From positions 186,001 through 250,000 of the forward strand of contig JBEUKZ010000101.1 in assembly GCA_048128005.1 (NCBI GenBank): a stretch of 64,000 nucleotides of DNA, read 5' to 3'. A program made the position numbers and the translations under genes. Below are positions 1 to 12,000 of the stretch, piece after piece (within the stretch, counting starts at the first letter, position 1; the number at the start of each line of letters is the position of its first letter). The DNA is from Veleropilina oligotropha (lineage: Eukaryota). The notes under the pieces are model-generated. The model had not been told where the DNA came from and did no database searches. It was given only the letters and a program-made list of their open reading frames with translations.

Positions 1-1067
1 AAGGTAGGACATGTCCGTGTTATCGCGGGAGGAGGAGGAATGATGCTTAATGTCCTGTATATTTACAACATCGAGGTTCAAGGCAGGACATGTCTGTGCT
101 ATCGCGGGAGGAGGAGGAATGATGCTTAATGTCCTGTATATTTACAACATCGAGGTTCAAGGCAGGACATGTCTGTGTTATCGCGGGAGGAGGAGGAATG
201 ATGCTTAATGTCCTGTATATTTACAACATCGAGGTTCAAGGCAGGACATGTCCGTGTTATCGCAGGAGGAGGAGGAGGAATGATGCTTAATGTCCTGTAT
301 ATTTACAACATCGAGGTTCAAGGCAGGACATGGCCGTGTTATCGCGGGAGGAGGAGGAGGAATGATGCTTAATGTCCTGTATATTTACAACATCGAGGTT
401 CAAGGCAGGACATGGCCGTGTTATCGCGGGAGGAGGAGGAGGAATGATGCTTAATGTCCTGTATATTTACAACATCGAGTTTCAAGGCAGGACATGGCCA
501 TGTTATCGCGGAAGGAGGAGGAATGATGCTTAATGTCCTGTATATTTACAACATTGAGGTTCAAGGCAGGACATGTCCGTGTTATCGCGGGAGGAGGAGG
601 AATGATGCTTAATGTCCTGTATATTTACAACATCGAGGTTCAAGGCAGGACATGTCCGTGTTATCGCGGGAGGAGGAGGAATGATGCTTAATGTCCTGTA
701 TATTTACAACATCGAGGTTCAAGGCAGGACATGTCCGTGTTATCGCGGGAGGAGGAGGAATGATGCTTAATGTCCTGTATATTTACAACATCGAGGTTCA
801 AGGCAGGACATGTCCGTGTTATCGCGGGAGGAGGAGGAATGATGCTTAATGTCCTGTATATTTACAACATCGAGGTTCAAGGCAGGACATGTCCGTGTTA
901 TCGCGGGAGGAGGAGGAATGATGCTTAATGTCCTGTATATTTACAACATCGAGGTTCAAGGCAGGACATGTCCGTGTTATCGTGGGAGGAGGCGGAATGA
1001 TGCGTAATGTCTTGTATATTTACAACATCGAGGTTCAAGGCAGGACATGTCCGTGTTATCGCGGGAG
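1..1067. repeat. Tandem array of 79-82 bp units (about 13 copies, runs off the window start) derived from the 3' end of the adjacent SINE
   Basis: Unit ...GGAGGAGGAATGATGCTTAATGTCCTGTATATTTACAACATCGAGGTTCAAGGCAGGACATGTCCGTGTTATCGCG is the reverse complement of the SINE 3' end seen at 5440-5495 and 45935-45993. Confidence 0.95.
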
Positions 1068-1250
1068 GAAACCCCGGTCGCCCGGGTAAACCCGCCCTCT
1101 TCGGCCAGTCACGGACAACTGTGATTCATAACTTGAACAAATTTCAATGCCTCAGCCAGGTATTGAACCAACCCACTACTGTTCGCATTAGCGGAATCAA
1201 GCCAGTGAAGTTAAAGTGGACACTCTACCCACTGCGCTGCCGAAGCGGCC
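988..1250 (-). mobile_element. tRNA-derived SINE family A
   Basis: Head GGCCGCTTCGGCAGCGCAGTGG (A box) and GGTTCAA (B box); dispersed copies at 5262, 7878, 16590 and 41223/45771. Confidence 0.8.
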
Positions 1251-1324
1251 TCTTGTCTAATCGTAGAAGCCTGTGTAGTTGAATAACTCGAATGCACGCC
1301 TTCTTGTTTAACTGGCTTCTCTGA

Positions 1325-1619
1325 TCTGGCCCCGCTTGCATAAAGATACTTAAGTTGAGATTTTCCTCAACTCTGAGATTTCATGACGTCACGTTCTAAA
1401 TGGCTTGCGTAAAACTTCTTATAGGAAATATATGCATTATTTCCTGAAATATTTGAGGCAGGAAGCTACGTAGCAGTCTGAAATATGTAAGGAAATAATG
1501 AAATATTTCCTAAGATACTTAGCGTAAGAAGTTTTATGCAAGCCATTTTGAACGTGACGTCATGAAATCTGACTTGAGGAAAATCTCAACTTAAGTATCT
1601 TTATGCAAGCGGGGCCAGA
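1325..1619. mobile_element. Palindromic MITE (PIF/Harbinger-like ends)
   Basis: Long inverted repeat TCTGGCCCCGCTTGCATAAAGATACTTAAGTTGAG..CTCAACTTAAGTATCTTTATGCAAGCGGGGCCAGA. Confidence 0.8.
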
Positions 1620-1771
1620 CAATCCAAGCCTCCTGGTATAACCTATACATAAGGGGTCAGGCAAAACATAGAAAAGGCAGAGTACATGAACCAAACATTT
1701 AAACAATACAGCAACAAGGAACAATTAATACATAAATTAATTTTAATTCATTTAGCAAAATTTACAAACAA

Positions 1772-2590
1772 TTAAAGCTGCAAGCAGCTGTTAGGGCTCC
1801 AATACAGGGACCAGTTTACAGGCACTCGCAAACACAGCATCTACCCACACACCAAATTTCAGCTTTCTACCCGCCATATCATCGAATTAGGTCAATTACT
1901 GCCGAACCAGTGGTGCCACTTAGCTGAAAAGTTTACAGGCGCTTAATAAACACCATATCTACCTGCAAACCAAATTTCAGCTTTCTACCCCCAAAATCAT
2001 GGAATTAGGTCAATTACTGCCGAACCAGTGGCGCCACCTAGCTGAAAAATGTACAGGCGCTTAATAAACACCATATCTACCTGAAAACCAAATTTCAGCT
2101 TTCTACCCCCAAAATCATGGAATTAGGTCAATTACAGCTAACTGGGTCATCTGAGGTCAAAGGTCATGGTCATTTTTGAAAGCTTACCCATGACTTCCCA
2201 TAGGCTCCCCATTGTAACTATATGTCTAAGATGCACCGTTTACAAGATACAGCCCCTTGAAACAATTTCCATAATGGCGTCCGATTTCCGCCATCTTGGA
2301 AATGCGATGTCAAATACGTTCCCACTACCCATTGCACTCCATCCCCTGCATTTTTCCGAGTTCGGCAATTTTTCGCTAATTAGGTCACTGAGGTCAAAGG
2401 TCAAGGTCATTTTCGAAAGTTTACCCATGACTTCCCATAAGCTCCCCATAGTAACTATATGTCTAAGATGCACCGTTTACAAGATATAGCCCCTTTAAAC
2501 ATTTTCAGTAATGGCGTCCAAGTCAGCTGGTGGGAAAAGGGAGAGAAAATAAACAATAGGTCTTCAAGCCTGAAGTGCTTGAAGCCCTAA
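1772..2590 (+). mobile_element. Helentron-associated (HINE-like) element with internal tandem repeats
   Basis: Subterminal IR TTAGGGCT/AGCCCTAA, ~119-bp internal repeats, 3' hairpin. Confidence 0.55.
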
Positions 2591-2899
2591 ATATATAGAA
2601 CTGGTCACTGGGACTGAGTACATGCATGTAGAGTCAATAAATCAGCATCATAAACTGCCTACACCAGGCAGCCTTTACGACATCTGCAAGACCAGATCAT
2701 AAAATGCCACAACTTCATTCATGATAACATCATAAATGCTGTAATCGCCTTCCTAAGACTGTAGTAGGAATAAAAATATGTCTTATAAACATAAAAAATA
2801 TTGATCATATGCATGCCAAAATTTCCAATTAAAATGATCTTAATACAGTATAGTTTCAGTGAAAATTTAACTGAAATCGGATAATGGTGACCGCTGAAA

Positions 2900-4292
2900 T
2901 AAAAAAGTGTGATTTTTTCAAAATTATTGAGAGATTCAGATGGCCGTAACTGCCTTGCTTTTGTTCCGATAACATTTTCGCTCGCAAACATTTTTCTTCA
3001 CATAGTGAAGATCATTATTTAGGAACATCGCGTACCTCACTTCAGCCGTTTGGCCGAAGAAGATGGTATAAAAAGGTGCTTTTTTAAAGAAAAAACCTTA
3101 ATTGCCGCTAAGCCAGCGGCGCCGCATAGCAGAAATTAAGTGCGTTTGAACTTCAGTACCATAGCTACATGTTTACCATTTTTAGAGTTTTTGATTTACG
3201 CAGTTTGGAAGTTATAGTTTTTATGACATACTAATTTCTTATATCTCTGCAGGCAGGGCTTTGTTGACACAGGGTAATAAATTACTTTAAGCCAGCCAGA
3301 TATAGTCACTACATAAAAAATACACTGTCTTTTTGCAGTATTACCAGTCCCAGCTATTCGAAAATATGCATATATATTATTTCCCCTAAGATGGCACTAG
3401 TGTTAAATTTACCACTTGATGGTCCCCGTACAACCTAAGTTATAGCAGTTACAAAATGATGTCAAAAAATGTCTATATCTTTAAATTAACTTAAATAAGT
3501 GATAGCTTTTTTATATATTGCGTTAGATAAATTTGATGTGTTCATAATGAACTTTATTTCGTTTCAAATAATTAAATATTAAGGAAGATACGACTAATTG
3601 AAATTTTAAATTTCAAATGACTTTTGCTCTTAATATTTTCATACTAATATTTTTTGGTTTATTATACATTTATAAGAACATAACACAACGTTCCCACCTA
3701 CGAAGTTTCATTGTGATCGGACAGACGACTGCAGGGAAAATGACGTTTGAAGTTTTTCAAACAATCCAAGATGGCGGCTTAACCACAGCACGCAGAAATA
3801 TCTTCTTTGTATCAAAATTAACTTACAGAAAGCGTCTACCACTCAGCGAAGGTTGAAGACTATAGTTAAAGCAGAATAAGAGTTATAGCCGATGTAAAAA
3901 AGTGTGATTTTTTCAAAATTATTGAGAGATTCAGATGGCCGTAACTGCCTTGCTTTTGTTCCGATAACATTTTCGCTTTCAAACTTTTTTCTTCACATAG
4001 TGAAGATCATTATTTAGGAACATCGCGTACCTCACTTCAGCCGTTTGGCCGAAGAAGATGGTATAAAAAGGTGCTTTTTTAAAGAAAAAACCTTAATTGC
4101 CGCTAAGCCAGTGGCGCCGCATAGCAGAAATTAAGTGCGTATGAACTTCAGTACCATAGCTACATGTTTACCATTTTTAGAGTTTTTGCTTTAAGCGGTT
4201 TGGAAGTTATCACTGGTACAAAACTCAGGCGGAATAATAATAAACAAAATAGCGAAAACAATAGGGCTCCAGCTGAAGCTGTTGGAGCCCTA
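2900..4292 (+). mobile_element. HINE-like element with a ~310-bp internal direct repeat (about 2900-3215 and 3896-4210); 5' boundary uncertain
   Basis: Near-identical duplicated block; 3' hairpin TAGGGCTCCA..TGGAGCCCTA. Confidence 0.55.
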
Positions 4293-4296
4293 ATTA

Positions 4297-5789
4297 TTAT
4301 GTCTCCCCATCCATCCGAAGGATGGGAGAGACATTGTTTTACACTCCATTCTCCTCCTTCCTCACTTTTCTTGTCCGGACTAGATCTCAGGTCCTATAAG
4401 TGCCAGAATTATTTCCTTTGGTAAATTAAACCGTCCAGGCATGCCATTGTGCTTTTCGTCAAAATTTCACAAAAACGACTTTCGACCTTGACGTAATGAC
4501 CTTTGACCCTGAAATGGTGTCCGGCCTGGTTCTCGGAGACTTCAAATATTATCCTTATAATTTCTTTGTAGATGCATGGCCCACACCCCAAGCATGTGCA
4601 GGGCGCTAAAATTTTGCACTTTTGACCTTTCACCTTGCCACTGTGACCTTGATAAACAATTTCCATATTTGGGCATTTTTATATTTTGTTTTCTTAAAAA
4701 AAAATTCGCCAAATGTATTCCTTAGGGCGAGTACATTATATAACAATGTTCAATTTTGTTGTTCGCTCAAAGGTCAAGGTCACAGAGGTCAAAATGTCCT
4801 TTCCCTAAAACACACCTTGTCCGGGCTAGATCTCAGGTCCTATACATGCCAGCCTGATTTCCTTTGGTATGTTAAACCGCCCTATCATGCCATTGTGCTT
4901 TTTGGCAAAATTTCACGAAAAAAACATTCGACCGTGACGTAATGACCTTTGACCCCCAAAATTGTCTCCGAGAACATCAAATCTTATCTTTATAATTTCT
5001 TTGTAGATGCATGGCCCATACTTCAAGCATGTGCAGGGCACTAAAATTTTGACCTTTGCTCTTTGACCTTGATAAACAATTTCCATTTTGGGGCATTTTC
5101 ATATTTTATTGTTTTCTTAATTTTTTTTCACCAAATGTATTCCTGAGGGTGAGTACATTATATAACAATGTTCAATTTTGTTGTTTGGTCAAAGGTCAAG
5201 GTCACAGAGATCAAAATGTACTTTCTCTAACACATACCTTATCGGGCTACATCTCGGATCCGGCCGCTTCGGTAGTGCAGTGGGTAGTGTCCACTCTAAA
5301 TTCACTGGCTTGTTTCCGCTGACGCGAACAGTAGTGGGATCGACCCCCGGCTGAGGCAGCACACATTTGTTCAAGTTATGAAGCACAGTTGTCCGTGACT
5401 GGCCGAAGAGGGCGGGTTTACCCGACGACCGGGGTTTCCTCCCGCGATAACACGGACATGTCCTGCCTTGAACCTCGATGTTATAAATATACAGGTCAGC
5501 ATGATTTCCTTTGGTATGCTATCTTCCCTTAATGTGCCATTGTGCGAGGCGTAATTTTCTGAAAATGACCTCTGACCATGGCGTAATGACCTTTGACCTA
5601 CTATAATTTTTGTCATCTTCATAGGTTCCCATGCCTTGAACGTGAAGGGTGTAAATATTCAGGACATTTGCATAAATCCATCCATTTCGTCAAATATATT
5701 TACACTCTCCCAGTTCGTGACTTTCCAAACTTCATGAGGGCCTCAATATGGAGTGATTTCTCTTACAAAGGGAGACATATGTATTTGTT
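4297..5789 (-). mobile_element. HINE-like element with internal repeats and a nested SINE
   Basis: Hairpin ATGTCTCCCCATCC..GGATGGGAGAGACAT, matching subterminal GGGAGACAT at 5770-5778. Confidence 0.55.
5262..5495 (+). mobile_element. tRNA-derived SINE family A, nested in a HINE-like element
   Basis: A box TAGTGCAGTGG, B-box-like GGATCGACCCC, shared core CACAGTTGTCCGTGACTGGCCGAAGAGGGCGGG. Confidence 0.8.
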
Positions 5790-5914
5790 CACACAAAAAC
5801 AACTCCTCTAGATATATTATAAACATATCAAAATTGCCATAAAAATGAGATAATGTATAAATATTATTTTCAAACAATCAAACCTGCTGCAGGTAACTAA
5901 AAGACATTGTATAC

Positions 5915-6021
5915 CTGTAGTCCACAGCACAGCTCCACATGTGAACATGTAGTTCGGTGACCACTTTAGGCGGACTATAACCAGACACGGGGAAGTCTCT
6001 CAAATCCAGTAAGTCGATGGC
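5915..6021 (-). CDS. ATG2: ATG2 exon w20 (last in window)
   Basis: 107 nt; AIDLLDLRDFPVSGYSPPKVVTELHVHMWSCAVDY(R); the next expected exon was not found in 1-5914. Confidence 0.93.
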
Positions 6022-9000
6022 CTACAAGGTTATCATGAATTAATGTATGAATCATTGAACAGATAACGAAGCTATAAAAAATAATCGAGATACAACTTTT
6101 CCTCTAACCATTTATCAATCGAAAAGGTCAAACCTGACCACTACAAAAATTTCAAGACAATTATTTTTTTTGTATCAAAGTGAATCCTGTTTAGATACAT
6201 GGCAGATAATAAACCCCTTGCTGGCATGGTTCAATATTCATCTTAAATTTATATTATTACTAAAGATATAACAACAAATACATACACACAAATTACATGT
6301 TCATGACGTACTGCTGTTTGCATTTTGACTACGTTATTTAAAGTTTGATGATCAAACATTGCAATTCTGACACCCTTTTGGAATACAAACTGAATATATA
6401 TGGTATATGCAACCATAATGTGCAAACATTTTATCTGCAACCCGGAGCGTCCTACCTGGGAGATCCAGCTCTGTCCGCTCGGAGCCATCCGGTGGCGCAG
6501 AGTGGCGCCTTTCATACCCAGAGCCAGTACATAATCCTGAAACAAAGCGTTATAATTAACCATCCCTGCGTCCCCGATATAGTGGTGTTGGTGATGCAGG
6601 CAGTGGTTAGTATATATCCTCTGCGTCCCCAATATAGTGGTGTTGATAATGCAGGCAGTGGTTAGTATATATCCTCTGCGTCCACGATATAGTGGTGTTG
6701 ATGATGCCGGCAGTGGTTAGTATATATCCTCTGCGTCCACGATATAGTGGTGTTGATGATGCCGGCAGTGGTTAGTATATATCCTCTGCGTCCCCGATAT
6801 AGTGGTGTTGGTGATGCATGCAATGGTTAGTACTGATCCTGACCATCATTTGACACAAACTCAAAACCTGTCTTAACAGATGGAAGTGTCTCTTTAAATA
6901 ATATTTACTACAAGACTAACAAACCTGCTCACTGTTACACAGAAGTCCCATAAATACCTAACCCTGCATGGCCCATATAAGCCATATTACAAGGCACCAT
7001 ATATTTTATTTTTTTGCAATATATATTTGTGCATCCACACATTATTTTTCTGTATTCGATTTAGTCCTGCACTGTCTGAAGCCGCACCATCAGCCGAGTG
7101 AAAAGGAGCACGGACTCTGAAGAAACTCGCTTGACTGCTGTGTGTAATATGTCGAATCGCGCTAATACGACCATGATCCTGAAAATGGTTTAAATGGTAC
7201 ATTAAGCATAGATTCAAAATAGAAATGTGTCCATGGGGCACAAATGCCCCCACTGGCAGAATTTACCATAGGGGGAGCAAAGATCGGAGTTACTTAGTAC
7301 GCAAATACTGGTTTTCGGGATGGGACGGACGGACAAGGGTAAATCTAAATGCCCCCCAATAAATAAATACCTTGACATTCTTGAACGTGTTATCCAGCTT
7401 GATCTTGACGGACACTGTCAGCATGTCTTGGCTGTCCCCACCGCACGCCACGTTACCACTCAGCTTGCTGCTGATGCCAGAGTCCGTGGGCGCCAACGTC
7501 GGCTCGAGATGAGACAGAGCGGCGTCGAACTGCTGCAGTCTGCCCACTGGCTGAGGTATTGGAACAATGGCTTTCTCAATGCACCCTGCAAAGATCAGAC
7601 GACAAAACTTCATAAAGGACAGGAAATCATTGATATATTAGGATTACTTTCAAGCAGAAGTGCACTTCTCAAGTTCCAGTCGATATTTTGTGTGTTTATT
7701 TTAAAATTCTCATATTCAGTGAAATAACAATATTTAAAAGCGGAATATAGCAACAAGGGACCAAATTAATTTTTCAGTATTTTGCATCTTAAATTGTACA
7801 AAGGTGTCTTTGTTCTCATAGAAAAGTATATTCCTTCACTATATGTTTATACCATAGCACCACCATAGAAAGATCGCGACCGCCCTGGTAGTCGTGTGGT
7901 CTCGAGTGCATAATCTGATCAAATCACTGGATCGAATGCACTACCGATAACAGGAGTGGGTTCGAGCCTCGGTTGGGGCAATGACATTCTTTGTTCAGTT
8001 ATCAATCGCAGTTGTCCGTAACTGTCCGGAGAGGGCGGGCGATATTTCCTCCTGTGATAATATGAACATGTCCTTCCATGAACTTGAAGGTTGTAAATAT
8101 ACTGGTATAAATCCAACCAAACCAACCCTAATAAATCCAACCAAACCAACCCTATGGTGAGAAGATTTGTCTTTGGTCATATGATCTTGTCAATACAAAA
8201 TTTTATCGAATCACAGAAAATACGAATCTGTATGAATTGCACCAAGAAATTTTGATAGAAGTTGTATTCATGGCAAACATTCACTGGACCAACCGTTGTG
8301 ATATAAGTTCCTTGGACCTACCATTGTGGTATAAGTTTCCCTGGACCTACCGTTGTGGTATTTGTTCCCTGGACCTACCGTTGTGGCATAAGTTCCCTGG
8401 ACCTACCGTTGTGGTATAAACTCCCTGGACCTACCGTTGTGGTATAAGTTCCCTGGACCTACCGTTGTGATATAAGTTCCCCTTGTTGGCCTGGAAGCAG
8501 AGATACTGGAGGTCTGGGTCGCCGCCGTGGTTGGCCACGATGAACAGGGTACCGTCGTCGATCAGGATAAGTAACTCTCCGTGGTGCCCCGTCATGACCT
8601 CACCGGCGTCATCCTGCAGAAGATATATTACGGTCTCATTTCATCTTCAAATTTTTCCTTGCAATTTCAGATGGAAGATGGTAAAGTGTGCAGATTTTAC
8701 AGAAACAGGATTCCTACATGTAAAAATAAATTTCATATTGCAGGTAGGAATCGTCAAATTAACTGTTTTGTTACATCACCTAACAACTTGACTCGAGCTG
8801 GTGATCCCCACACACGGCAACCATCTTGGATCCGTAAATAATCGAAATCGTTAAAGCTATAACTCTGGTTCTAATGGTGCGATCTCGCTAGTTATCGAAC
8901 TTTTACCCACTTTTTGGTAATTTTTCAGCTAAATCGCAATCGGGATACCCGGTTTAAAGGTCTCACTCCAATCTGAACGACACATATCGGTTTTAAGCGT

Positions 9001-12000
9001 TAGAAGCCACGCTGAACCGGGAATCAAAACCTCATCCTACTTAAACGTTTTGGGCTATCGAGGACAGTTCCTCTCAACGATCATATGAAATAATTTTCCA
9101 AAACCTAGCTTAAAGCAGCTATATATGTAATCGTGTTTGGTTGAAAATGACATTGAAGACAGCCTTCCAAGGTCTTTGATGATTACCTTGACGGGCACGT
9201 GTGCTGACACTCTTCCCTGGCCGATGTTGATACTTATACATAGTTTACTCTGCAGCTGTCTCGGAGGCGGTGGGCGTCTTGCTCGATGCGTGTCGTGGAT
9301 TGTGTACTGGTTTTCATCGTCAGAATCAGAATCTGCAATTAAAGAGGAATGCAATTGAAAAAAATAAGTTCACATGAAAAGACAAAGTATTATAACTCAA
9401 TTTAACAAGACATTTCCACCGTGTTGAAGAAGAACTTATGATTATTAAACCAGTGAAATTATTAAAATGTTTTCGTATGCATAGATAAACTACATCCGGA
9501 GATAAGGTGTTGTTCAAAAAGGTTTTTTATATGCTAATTCAAGGCAGTGAAATCTCTGCATTATATAGAGGATATCAAACGAGTGTCCATTCCATATGAG
9601 AATTATGAAACGAGTCGGGCACAATTTATGTACAGAGCCTTGGCGAGGTACATAAATTTGCTGATGAGTTTCATAATTCTCATATGAAATGGATACAAGT
9701 GTGATATATTCTTTATCACATGACTTTATTTACATTTAAACTTATTTTATTAAGTTTTTAAACTCATTTCTTGACATTTTTTTACTGATTTTTGTCAGTA
9801 ATTTCAGCCATAAAATGCCATGCCCCAGACGCATCATGCCTCGAAAGCACGCGCCACGCCAGTACGCCAATAAAAAATAGTTCAACGTCAGTAATCAACG
9901 AGTCAACGTGTATGAATTATTCATTATGTTAATGAGGGTGATTCGCCGCATAATCAACTTGGCGCCAGATGCGATAATCGGCCGTCATGCTCGCCCTCAT
10001 TTGCATACTTATGAGACATGTCTTTTCGTATAGAAATTTATGCAACGGCTCCTACCGTTCCATAACAGGTTTGTCATGTGATAAAAATAAATATATATAC
10101 ATATTGACAAATTCATAATCAAATGTTCCTTTGTGGGATGTTGTCCATATTTAGTTATTAAACAAAGTTCAAAAACTGAATGTATGGACAACTGTGCTGA
10201 TAACTTGACATAGTGCTGAGCCGAGGAGTTGAGTTAACTCATGAAGCAGGTATTCTTATCCTTTCAGCCATTTGGCAGTCTAAAAAAAATATAAACTATT
10301 ACTTGGTATGGTATTTTGAATGGGCACAATTATGGTATTTCTCTAAATGCAGTATTTCTCTGAATGATCATGAAATTTAAGCTTACCGACATACTGATTG
10401 GCTGATCGACATGATTCAAACTTGTCGAAGTGCCGGAGAGGTTGCAGCACGAAGTCCAGCGACAGGGGAGGTAACTGGTCTTGACTGCCTATCGGGGATG
10501 GAGCCATGGGCTGCCACAGGAGGAGGTCATTGCTGATTCTAACGGAAAATGTAACATACGTCAGGCATTAGTAAAATATTTCCTCTATAGACAATTTATT
10601 AAGCAAAAAGATCAATTTAACAAGAGCGTAATGATATACGATCACAAATAAATTGTAACATTACAAATATGACAAATGACAAATATCTAAATTCATAGTT
10701 CATAGTTCATATATACATTACATTCATCATTTTAAGATTCACCAAGCAACCATAACTACTGTATACAATCACATTATACCAATTAGAAAGAACAAGGGCT
10801 GAAAATCACTTTGTGTGAATATTGCACACTAGATCACTTTGTGTGAATATTGCACACTAGATCACTTTGTGTGAATATTGCACACTAGTACAACCAAAAA
10901 ATTGTCCAGGAAAAATGTCATACCCAAACACTACTGTTCATCTTAAAGGCTTGAAAACAGCTGTATATAAAAGCCATGTGTTTAGATTTCAGAATCCAAA
11001 TATATCACTGACCTGTTATAGAGTAGTTCAATGAAGTCTTTATCCGGGAAGACGGCATTGAGGTTGGGCAGAGAGATGCTGACGACCATCTTGGTGTTGG
11101 CCGCCGCCTTGTCCTGGAAGAGCCGCATCTCCTCCTTATCCGCTGGCATCACCATCTGCAGGAAGTATCGGGATAAAACGATATGGTTAATACTTGGTCA
11201 ATGGTGAGCCATAAGAAAATGGTCAGCCATCTTGAAAATAAACTAATAGCTTGGTATGATATCGTGACATTTAAAATCGAACATCTTCGAATTATGCTTG
11301 ACCAATGATGACAAATATGTCCTGCTGTTGGTAACCATCTTGGATTTAGGTAACTGAGGGTACAAAAGGGTTTCCTCATCAGTGTTTGTAAGGTCGATAA
11401 TTAGTATGTTTTCAAATATATATAGTACAACAATCCATTTGACTTATTTGACTTGGGTTTTGCTCCATAACATACCAATATGTTAAAGCCATTTTCTTCA
11501 CCAAATACTACAATATACTTACAATAGTATCATTTGATTAGTGTCTGTCAGTATAGGTTACTAACCGAGTTGGAGGTATTCATCGATTTGAAAGACCTGC
11601 GCCCGTGCGGATCGTGACACCGAGACCGCGTAGCGGTCGAGGTGCTACAGCACGGAAGCAGGTCTTTCAAATCGATGAATACCGACTAACGAGGTTTGTA
11701 ACCGACTTACACAACGGCCAATTAGCTCCTTTGTTGTCAATTTATCTTGTGATCAGCTTTATCCGTCTTGCACGGACGCAGGTCGGTATAGAGTGAAAAG
11801 TAGGGTGGTATGGCTATACCACCCTACTTTTGAATCGTCATTGAAAACAAGGTGTTCACGCTGAATACCAACCTCTTCAAAACAAAAGAGCCGTTGTGTA
11901 AGTACAGTTAATGCTTACCTCTTCGCTGGTATGTTTCACCTCGCTCTTCTCTCCCATTTCCTCCTTCTCGTACATGGACCGCCGGTTGGAGAACGGGGAC

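Noticed and set aside
5262..5355. Possible tRNA genes at A/B-box sequences (also near 1250 and 63003)
   Set aside because: No full cloverleaf; each continues into a shared SINE body.
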